Shown: positions 11,060 to 20,000 of the stretch, piece by piece
How the letters are laid out: each line of letters begins with the position of its first letter
Numbering within the stretch: position 1 is the stretch's first letter
Origin: Spongospora subterranea f. sp. subterranea
Taxonomy: Eukaryota
Direction of reading: 5' to 3'
Assembly: GCA_049724395.1 (NCBI GenBank)
Contig: JAUGWO010000107.1
Span: forward strand, 354,565-374,564
DNA: 20,000 bases
Program-made: the position numbers and the translations under genes
Notes under the pieces: generated by a model
The model's input: the letters and a program-made list of their open reading frames with translations, nothing else
What the model was told of the DNA's origin: nothing
Database searches by the model: none

Positions 11060-11988
11060 CCCGACGCCACTGTTGAAGGGAATCATGAATGATTTGACCC
11101 TCCTAAGAGAAAAACCCTGAATTGCCAAACTGATTCTGGCCAAGACTGAAATAACTCTCGGGGTCTTTGTGGACGTGTCCTGATTCCCATATACTTGAAT
11201 CATGAACTGATCCTGGCCAACCAGCGATAAGATAACGAATTTGCCGTTTGTGATCGAATGTAAGCATCACATTCATGGAGTATGTGCACTTTCTGTTATA
11301 GTGCACCTCACCATCAAGGTTTGGCTTCTGAGCCAGAACGACATGAGTGCCATCGGTTGATAAGATACAATTATCGAAGCCGAATTCTGTCAGATTAAAG
11401 GCGCTTAATTTTTTTCTTTTGGAGGCATCAGGCCAATAAATATACTTCAAAGAAAGGTTCTTCAAGGCATGAATCACTCGTTTGCTGTACAAGAGCTTCC
11501 GTAACCTATTCCTTTGGCCCTGGCAACTCTACCGACCGCTGATCCATTTCCAAAATGGCCAATATCGATCAAGAGCACAGGCCAACTGAATCCATGTCTC
11601 ACGCTGCGGGCAGGTAGAATTATTGTGAAATATTGGGTCGTCTGCAGAATGTCAGCGTGAGTTTACTTTCTACTTACGTAGGGAAACTACCTTCAATTTC
11701 GTGCAGAATGAAAGCAAAAGTTTGCTGACAAACTCTAACTTCTTGAATGAACTCATCAACTTCAAGCAAGGGCAAAATTTTTAAAGCTCCCAGCGCTTTG
11801 TTGAGTTTACGTCGAGTGTTGATAAAGCGCTGCTCCATGACCCCTGCTTTAACAACCATTAGCATGTTTGCTGTTTTGCGGGCCCGAGCTGCTACGACAG
11901 GGTTTGAGTATCGAAACAACACCACCAGAATGACTAAAGCGCTATCAAGGTCCCTCAACAATCGGCTTCTTTCGGAAACTCGCACCAT
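11060..11988 (-). pseudogene. PIF/Harbinger (DDE_Tnp_4/HARBI1-like) transposase with intron 11690-11642; frameshifted and 3'-truncated
   Basis: DDPIFHNNS, HFGNGSAV, YIYWPD, NCILSTDGTHV, YNRKCTYSMNVML and AGWPGSVHDS are present. The second catalytic Asp appears as GNSG, and the region expected to carry the catalytic Glu is not found. Confidence 0.9.
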
Positions 11989-12187
11989 CAGGTCCCCCAA
12001 TTTCAAAACGGATCTTACGCTGATTTTGGTGTGCGGGCAAACCGAATTTTCCCGCCATTTATTCGCCATAAATATGAGATTCGGTCGTTCAAACAGGTTT
12101 GGTAGCCCCTACTCCTGAGTGTCTTAATTAAGATTCGGATTTCCGGGCACATATACATTTTTTTTGTGATTGATTTCAACACATTTG

Positions 12188-14485
12188 TGTTATGTCTGTA
12201 GTGCCCATATCTACTCACTGTCGCCATGAATTTTCATTTTACCGTCGAATAAATTATACTTCTATCGATCCGATTTCCCTTTGTCTTTCTTCTTCTTCTC
12301 CCGTTTTTCTTCTTTATCTCCTTCCGCCCTCGGCATCAGTGATCACTGTCCCTCTTAAGGGCTTCCTGGATCCACTTCTTCTTCCGATAGTCTCCGTTCT
12401 TCGTTTTATTCTGTTATGGAGCTGGCCGGAACGATCGTTCCGCTTCCACCCGCCCAACTTACCTCCTACGCCATCCCTGACATCATCGTTTTTCTAAACA
12501 ATTATAAAGCGTTCGTGGACGACCTCTCCGATTTCAACGCCGGACGTGGTACTGCTGTGACCCCCCGACCAATTCGTAAATTAATTGACCGAATGTTATT
12601 GGCTGCCATAGTTCAGTTTAGAATTCGGGATGTCGCCGGCATCTCCGTCGCCAACGCGACTGACGAAAGACTTTTGCGACTTCTGCGTGAACGTTCTGGA
12701 CAAAACGAAATCGCCTCTTCCTTTGGTCCCGATGCGTGTTTCGACGGCCTGCGAATGGATGTCCGACAACAGGATCCAAAGCTTCGCGTGTTTAGTTTAT
12801 TTGAGAAATCCGTTTCGACGTCCCGAGATGCTGGTCTGACCGACTTGTTTCAACGGGAGCCGTTAGGTGTCGGCAATTATCGCTGCGCTTGAGCCCGTCC
12901 AGTTCAAATCGGCTATGGAACGTCGTCTCAAAACCGACAGGATTGTCCTCAACAATGATCCCGACGCACTCTATCCCTTCAAAGCTATAGCGTATCATAG
13001 TTTTCACCCCTCAATATCCGAACCCGTTCTACCGACAACGCTGGAGCTAACGGTGGAGCTCACGCTCGTGACCGAACAAGTGGTTTCTCGAGCAATTTCT
13101 CTCCGCCTCTTTGCCTTAATCCGGCCTATGCCGCGCGAGAGAGCATCACCTCGTTCGCAACTGCCGAGCCCTCACCAACGACGAGCGACGACGTCTTCTT
13201 CGCGAACTTCACGACGCTCGCCAAAGTCTACCGCCTCGAACTTCGTCCACCAGCTACCAACGTCGGGGATCCACGGCGCCAGATACGTCGGTGAGCCAAT
13301 GACGCCCCACGTCTGTTGCTGCGTACGGCCGTCGTTCGCATGAGATCGCGCCCAGCTCCCAGTACCCTAACACTCGACATACCACGTCTATGGCGAACGG
13401 TTCAGTATCTCCGCGTTTTCTTTCTGAAACTAATGGGTTTCCCCCGTCGTCGAATCAGCCACCAGCATCACCGCGGTCGTCGCGACCACCCGGCCCGAAT
13501 ATAAGTAGCTCTGTTCACCTTGCAACCGAAAGAACTGAAGTAGGTGACGATTTTACTCCCAGTAGTCCCCCCGAAAACTAACCGTCAAGTTTCCATATTG
13601 ACCAACCAGGGCTACCGTATCGACAACCGATGCTACCATCTTTGGCGATACGGTAGGTAAGTACGTCCCCATCGGGAACTCCTACCAATTCCGTGACTCT
13701 GTCGATTCGCGATCTCGCCTTGGATGTCGTGGCGACTGATCTGAACTTACTCTCCTGACAACGTGAAATGGTGCGAGCTTAAAGTTCTCGCGGTAGCTGG
13801 CGGTGTCGAAGTCCCTACTCGGAGAATCAACGTACCGTTCCATGGAATCTCTGGGAAAGCGGAACGTTCGTCTCTTCAAGCCAAGGTCGATATCAGCATC
13901 AATACTTCTGAGGATCCCGTGATTATGCGCCGGACATGGATATACATCAGCGACGGCGACCTTCCATCCTTCCTGATTGGGGACCCGTTTCTCTGCAAAT
14001 TCGGCGTCGATGTACGCGCCCAGCTAACTCAACTGGACAAGCGGTTTTATTGACGAATCCGTCCCTGAGTCTGCTTACGCCGTTCATTTTGACGACAGTC
14101 TGCCAGACCGCTGACGGCCGAAATTGACGATGCCTATGCTGACGTACCCTTCGGCATCGATGACCCGCTGACATCTCTTTCGTGCCTTCGACGTAATTAT
14201 TAATAAGACTCGTGCAGCCGATGCTCCGTCCGCATTCCTCCGAGAAGCCTCCATTTTGCTCTACGAATACCGCGATGTATATCGAAACAAACTCGGCCCT
14301 GATCCACTCGCCGACCTGCCTCAACTGGCAATGCGTTTGTAACCAGATGCTCAATCTTTCTGTCATCGCGCGCGTAACGGCACCACGCTACCAACACTTT
14401 CTGATCCGTTTCTGTGTGCTAGTGAGTTTTGGATACATCCGCCCGCTTCCCAATTCCCGTTTCTCTTCCGCGCTGTATTTGACGT
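12188..14485 (+). mobile_element. 3'-truncated, decayed Ty3/Gypsy-like LTR retrotransposon (possible 5' LTR 12188-12338, gag from 12416, protease, start of RT)
   Basis: Gag-like ORF (PPAQLTSY...LRMDVRQQDPKLRVFSLF...ALEP). Degenerate Zn knuckle CLNPAYAAREHHLVRNC at ~13110-13165. Protease end FLIGDPFLCKFGVDV. RT entry LLYEYRDVYRNKLGPDP...GYIRPLPNSRFSS directly after the protease (Gypsy order). The LTR call is weak (TG...CA, AATAAA at 12248). Confidence 0.78.
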
Positions 14486-14572
14486 CGGGCAGCCTGGAAA
14501 TATGCGGATAGACCACTTCGAGGATCGTGGCTCACCAAAAACAAACGACAGCATCTATTTTATCATGATAAT

Positions 14573-14877
14573 AAACTCCGATTTTCAATTTTTGACCAAA
14601 AATAAAATCATTTTGACGCTCTCAGAGCGTTCAACGCTTTCTATTGCGTTTGTTGACATCTCTGTTTTCAACGGCGAATTCAATTTTTGTCAGTGCCCAC
14701 GCAGTATTTCACCTGGCCGACCAAGTTTAGAAACCCCGATTTGAAATTTTTGACCAAAAACAAAATCGTTTTGACGCTCTCAGAGCGTTAAACGCTTTCT
14801 GTTGCGTTCGTTGACTTGTCTGTTTTCAAAGGCGAATTCTATTTCTGTCAGTGGCCACGCAGAATTTCACCTGGCCG
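14573..14877. repeat. Tandem direct repeat, period 158 bp, ~2 copies
   Basis: 14573-14719 matches 14731-14877. Each copy contains the palindrome acgctct-c-agagcgt. Confidence 0.9.
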
Positions 14878-14880
14878 TCA

Positions 14881-14964
14881 GTTTCTGCAATCGGCGACGT
14901 TCCGCCTTGATGTCGGGGCGATATCGTTTAGGGTTTCTACAATCTGCGACGTTCCTCCTTGATG
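14881..14964. repeat. 32-bp direct repeat, 2 copies, period 52 bp
   Basis: gtttctgcaatcggcgacgttccgccttgatg at 14881 vs gtttctacaatctgcgacgttcctccttgatg at 14933. Confidence 0.85.
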
Positions 14965-15489
14965 GCGTGTTTGTTGTTGGTGTTGCGTCGGTTTGGTGAA
15001 ATGGCGCGCTGGTACTGATTCTGCTGTGGATTTTAGTTATCGAAAACGGTTCATCGATGCATTGAATTTGAATCGGTCAGGTCAGCTTTAGATATCTGTT
15101 TGCCAATTTCCCCAATTATTACTACTCCCTCTGTTCAGAATTAGTATCCGATTTGCGCACTTTCTCAAGATTAAGGCAGATTTTTGTCCCAACATACCGC
15201 AGACACTGCATTTAATTAGATCTTTTCACGAGGTTTCTTTTGGTATGCTGTTCGCCCACTTTTGAGAAATGGAAACCTGCGTTATGGCTCGCTCAAAATT
15301 CCTTTTTCGAGGCCAGTCCTTTTTTTCCGCTGATGGCGTAATACTCTCGTGACGACCTTGACAACTGGATGGTAAGAAAGTACTCGTCAAGACGAATCAT
15401 GTGATATGTCGAACGGGCCAGAATGCCACGTTTTACGGTTTGAGCGCGCGTTTCGATTTGACTCTTTGTGAATGGAGTCCGTTGGCGCA

Positions 15490-17165
15490 TTGTGTTCTCA
15501 TGGTAGTTCGTTACCGTATTGTGATCTCATGGTAGTTCGTTACCGTATTGTGTTCTCATGATAGTTCGTTACCGTATTGTGATCTCATGGTCATGGTAGT
15601 TCGTTACCGTATTGTGTTCTCATGGTAGTTCGTTACCGTATTGTGATCTCATGGTAGTTCGTTACCGTATTGTTCTCATGGTAGTTCGTTACCGTATTGT
15701 GATCTCATGGTAGTTCGTTACCGTATTGTGTTCTCATGGTAGTTCGTTACCGTATTGTGTTCTCATGGTAGTTACCGTATTGTGTTCTCATTAGTTCGTT
15801 ACCGTATTGTGATCTCATGGTAGTTCGTTACCGTATTGTGTTCTCATGGTAGTTCGTTACCGTATTGTGTTCTCATGGTAGTTCGTTACCGTATTGTGTT
15901 CTCATGGTAGTTCGTTACCGTATTGTGTTCTCATGGTAGTTCGTTACCGTATTGTGTTCTCATGGTAGTTCGTTACCGTATTGTGTTCTCATGGTAGTTC
16001 GTTACCGTATTGTGTTCTCATGGTAGTTCGTTACCGTATTGTGTTCTCATGGTAGTTCGTTACCGTATTGTGTTCTCATGGTAGTTCGTTACCGTATTGT
16101 GATCTCGTATTGTGTTCTCATTCTAGTTCGTTACCGTATTGTGTTCTCATGGTAGTTACCGTATTGTGTTCTCATGGTAGTTCGTTACCGTATTGTGTTC
16201 TCATGGTAGTTCGTTACCGTATTGTGTTCTCATGGTAGTTCGTTACCGTATTGTGTATTGTGATTCTCATGGTAGTTCGTTACCGTATTGTGTTCTCATG
16301 GTAGTTCGTTACCGTATTGTGATCTCATGGTAGTTCGTTACCGTATTGTGTTCTCATGGTAGTTCGTTACCGTATTGTGTTCTCATGGTAGTTCGTTACC
16401 GTATTGTGTTCTCATGGTAGTTCGTTACCGTATTGTGTTCTCATGGTAGTCGTTACCGTCTCATGGTAGTTCGTTACCGTATTGTGTGATCTCATGGTAG
16501 TTCGTTACCGTATTGTGTTCTCATGGTAGTTCGTTACCGTATTGTGATCTCATGGTAGTTCGTTACCGTTCTCATGGTAGTTCGTTACCGTATTGTGTTC
16601 TCATGGTAGTTCGTTACCGTATTGTGTTCTCATGGTAGTTCGTTACCGTATTGTGTTCTCATGGTAGTTCGTTACCGTATTGTGTTCTCATGGTAGTTCG
16701 TTACCGTATTGTGTTCTCATGGTAGTTCGTTACCATGGTAGTTGTTACCGTATTGTGTTCTATCGTTACCGTGATTTGTTACCGTATTGTGTTCTCATGG
16801 TAGTTCGTTCGTATTGTGATGGTAGTTCGTTACCGTATTGTGTTCTCATGGTAGTTCGTTACCGTATTGTGATCTCATGGTAGTTCGTTACCGTATTGTG
16901 TTCTCATGGTAGTTCGTTACCGTATTGTGTTCTCATGGTAGTTCGTTACCGTATTGTGTTCTCATGGTAGTTCGTTACCGTATTGTGTTCTCATGGTAGT
17001 TCGTTACCGTATTGTGATCTCATGGTAGTTCGTTACCGTATTGTGTTCTCATGGTAGTTCGTTACCGTATTGTGTTCTCATGGTAGTTCGTTACCGTTAT
17101 CGCATTGTGATCTGGTAGTTCGTTACCGTATTGTGTTCTCAATTCCGTATTGTGTTCTATGGTGT
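15490..17165. repeat. 29-bp tandem minisatellite (gtattgtgttctcatggtagttcgttacc), roughly 55 copies
   Basis: Head-to-tail units with no spacers, a recurrent gttctc/gatctc variant, scattered partial units and a ragged right edge. Confidence 0.97.
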
Positions 17166-17167
17166 TC

Positions 17168-18445
17168 GACAAAGAAAAGCGTCAAGATATCTTGGCAGAC
17201 CTTCTGATCATGGTAGTTCTCGTGCAAAGACAGCCGACTTCCGAAAGGAACTATCATCTCGTATTGCGCAGAAGTTCTCTGTGTCCACCAAGTCTGTCTC
17301 CAGGATTTGGTCAGCCGCAAAGAAACAGATTGCAAATGGTGAAGTTACCGATGTGAGTTCGAAAAGAAAGGGTAGATGTGGACGAAAAAAACAAGATCGA
17401 GAATCAATTCAGGAGAAGGTTAAAGAAGTTCCTTTAAGGCAGTGATCCACCCTAAGAAGCATTTCATAGTGCCACTAGAATCCCCTTGGGAACCCTCTTC
17501 AATGCTTTGAAAGAAGGAAGTATTAAGCGGGTCAACAACTGTGTGAAACCCATGGTATTAACCGAGAATAACAAAAGGGAACGAGTTCGATTCGCTCTTT
17601 CCATGATCGATCCAGGATCCCTTTCGAATGACTTTCAGGGGATGTTTGACACGGTCCACGTTGACGAAAAGTGGTTTTATTTAACGAAGGTCAGAAAAAA
17701 GTTTTACCTTGCTCCAGAAGAAGATGTGCCATATCGACACGTCAAAAGTAAACGCTTTATTACAAAAGTGATGTTTTTGGCCGCCGTTGCAAGGCCTCGA
17801 TATGACCCCCACCGGAAAGGAATCTTCGATGGGAAGATTGGAATATGGCCAATTGTCAAGACGGAACCAGCCCAGCGCAGCTCCAGAAATCGTCAAAGAG
17901 GTGCCATGGTGACCAAGCCGATTGAAGTGAATGGTGAGGTTTATCGCGATCTAATTTTACAATGCGTGATACCGGCAATCAAAAACAAATGGCCTGTCGG
18001 AAGCAAGCAAATGCAGATCACAATTCAACATGATAACGCCAGGCCCCATGCGTCAATTCGAAACTGTTGTCGCCCAAACTGGTTCATCCGATGGGCGGAA
18101 TTTATCACTGGTCTCTCAGCCACCTAATAGTCCTGACTTCAACGTTTTAGATTTGGGCTTTTTTAATTCGATTCAGTCTCTGCAATACCAACACGCTCCA
18201 AAGGATATCAATGAGTTTATTACAGCGGTTGAGTTAAGTTTTGCCGAATTGTCAGCGGAGAAGCTTGATGATGTCTTCCTATCGTTACAGAAAGTGATGG
18301 AAGGAGCGATGCTTGTTCGGGATCGAATTCGTTCAAGCTACCACATCTGCAAAAAGCACACCTACGAGCGCAAGGTAAACTTCTTTCGGTTATTTCGTGC
18401 AGTCAAGAGGCTATTGACATTGGTAAGGATGAGATCGACGCATAA
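17168..18445 (+). pseudogene. DD39D mariner transposase, disrupted as assembled
   Basis: HTH region AQKFSVSTKSVSRIW; GRCGRK; VHVDEKWFY; KSKRFITKVMFLAAVARPR; FDGKIGIWP; IQHDNARPH; QPPNSPDFNVLDLGFF; GSNSFKLPH. Spacing between the 2nd and 3rd Asp is 39 if one codon is restored at the frameshift near 18058. In-frame TGA at 17443. Confidence 0.93.
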
Positions 18446-18899
18446 TTCAAAAATTAAAAGAGCAAAGTTTTCCGGAATTTAATAAAGTGGACTACTAATC
18501 TGGAACAAAAAAATGTGCGTAATCGGACAACTAATTCTGAACGGAGGGAGTATTAATTATTCTCTAATCAAGTTTTTGAATGGCACTGCCTGGTCAGACT
18601 GGAAGATCAAATCGCAGTCATCGAGTTCAGATGGTGACACGCTTTCAACACCCTTTTTTTCATACTTTGCTTGTCAGGTCATGTCACCAATCCGCGATTG
18701 CGCCGCAAATATTCAACTCTTTTTGAAACTTGAAGTCCATTTGATTCGCTGTTTGTTTATATTTTTTGTGTGCCACGATACCCCTTAACACAAATTGTTC
18801 AGCTCAACGCAGTGAATGGTGTTTGCTCCATCCACGTTCAATGTATCTCAAATCTAACGAAGTATATATATTCCATAGGTAGTCGTCAGTTTTCATCTA

Positions 18900-19990
18900 C
18901 TGCCTCCGTCATCCTTTAAATTGCAGATAAGGTCACCAATCAGTTTTGGTTGAATTTGACGATTTTGTCTTAAAATGGGATCGAAATGCTGCTCAATTTC
19001 GATTTGTGTCACGAATTCCAAAACAAAATTCTTCTGTCGGATGTTTGTTTAGAGCAATGAATCTTTTTCTTCGGACAGAGGAGGTACTCTCGTTTTCGTT
19101 ATCGATATCTGTTGATGAGCATTTAAATATAGTACACGTTGGTTTTTGATTTCAACTATAAAGTTTCCTGTTTGGTATGCTAATGTTTAGCGTTTTCAAC
19201 GATGGGGTTAATTGCGGTGTCAAATTCATCACCTTCCATTTTCTTTCTTATGTTGACCACTCGCTTGATAGATGAAGCCGGCCTCCCAGCGCAAGCAACA
19301 CGGGCCTGTTTCCAATTCAGCGCACCGGGACCGAAATCACGCTTCTGATTGCCCCCCGAGAATGCTTTGAATATGGTGCAGCATCTGCTCTTGCTCCAGC
19401 GAAATCTACAACAACTCTGAGACGGATCGGAAAGAATCAGGCATCCTAAAACTCGAGCAAGGTAAAGTCACCAGTTCAAACCGCAGACACTGTAGATCGG
19501 CATTTAGAAATCTTCTACGTATGCCTCCAAGCTGCCGCCTTGGATGGAAAAATATGGGTTGTGCTCAGGGATTCGCATACTAAAACCAGGGCCGATGGTG
19601 CTCAATTTCGATCTGTGTCACATTGGACGTTGTTCGCCAGAGCATACCACCGATGCTGATTTTGCTGGTCTCTCAGTGGGAGATGCTGTGTATGGTGATG
19701 ACGATCGATATACGAATGTGTTTTGATCACGCTATGGTTGGAATTCAAATCATTTTTTTTGTCGAATGTTTATCTAGAACAATTAATTTCTCTTCTGACA
19801 AAGGTATTCTCTATTATAGTTACCATCGCCTTGCTGAGCATTTGACTATCGGAACGGTGGTGTTGTTTTCACCTCCAAATCTTATTGGTTGGTCAGCTCA
19901 TGTTCAATGTTTTTAACCATTGGTCATTGCACTGTCAAGTTTGTCATGCTCCATTTTTATTCTTATGGTCTCAAATCCCTTGGTACAGCT
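18900..19990 (-). other. Degenerate tandem duplication, probably two pseudogene copies of an unidentified coding sequence
   Basis: Collinear shared blocks 18990-19012/19599-19621 (22/23 identical), 19035-19081/19760-19804 and 19206-19252/19922-19967. The minus-strand peptides are conserved between copies (IRKKME/IRIKME, PLSEEK, VTQIEIE). Confidence 0.55.
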
Positions 19991-20000
19991 GGATCCGATG

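Larger units (their letters stand above)
9930..12150. mobile_element. Decayed PIF/Harbinger DNA transposon (Myb-like ORF1 plus convergent transposase); ends approximate
   Basis: Two convergent genes of the types expected for PIF/Harbinger. The motif taagattcggatttcc occurs near both ends (9942, 12129). A clean TIR/TSD could not be fixed. Confidence 0.8.
15125..18550 (+). mobile_element. Full-length Tc1/mariner element of the DD39D (plant-mariner/Stowaway-partner) type with TIRs and TA TSD
   Basis: Left end ta|ctccctctgttcagaattagtatccgatt and right end aatcggacaactaattctgaacggagggag|ta. CTCCCTC termini are the Stowaway/DD39D signature. A second TIR-like motif (ggactactaatctggaac) lies at ~18489. 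Confidence 0.95.

Noticed and set aside
9930..12150. Exact Harbinger TIRs and TAA/TTA TSD
   Set aside because: The shared motif at 9942 and 12129 is in direct orientation, and gcccgaaatc vs gatttccgggc is only a partial inverted match. The ends are left approximate.
12339..12360. tRNA primer-binding site for the Gypsy element
   Set aside because: No TGG-starting tRNA-complementary tract follows the candidate LTR.
15490..17165. CRISPR array (29-bp, partly palindromic repeat)
   Set aside because: Units are contiguous with no unique spacers, there are no cas genes, and the context is eukaryotic.
15490..17165. Telomeric repeat or coding repeat (ORF 16680-16883)
   Set aside because: It is internal to a TIR-bounded element and unlike telomere units I recognise. 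The unit length is not a multiple of 3 and stops recur on both strands.
15125..20000. Fanzor/TnpB RNA-guided nuclease associated with the mariner or other elements
   Set aside because: No ORF with RuvC or Zn-ribbon motifs was seen. The element is fully accounted for by TIRs, array and transposase.

Overview
Eukaryotic genomic DNA from a compact-genome, intron-rich, probably flagellated microbial eukaryote. Introns are about 50-70 nt and some intergenic gaps are under 100 bp; a plasmodiophorid-like protist is a guess. The left ~8 kb holds five tightly packed spliced genes: the 3' end of cyclophilin PPIL2, a 7-TM PAQR/AdipoR-family protein, pterin-4a-carbinolamine dehydratase, mitochondrial Rho GTPase Miro, and outer dynein arm docking subunit ODA1/ODAD1. 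From ~8.3 kb the window is a cluster of decayed transposons. It contains a Copia RT/RNase H/3' LTR remnant interrupted by a fold-back element, and a PIF/Harbinger element preceded by an inverted copy of its own 5' end. It also has a truncated Ty3/Gypsy gag-pol, and a full-length DD39D mariner (both TIRs, TA TSD) carrying a ~1.65 kb array of a 29-bp hairpin-forming unit near its transposase start. The window ends in a degenerate tandem duplication. No CRISPR array, tRNA or rRNA was seen, and I found no convincing novel biological system. All family calls rest on remembered motifs, not database searches.
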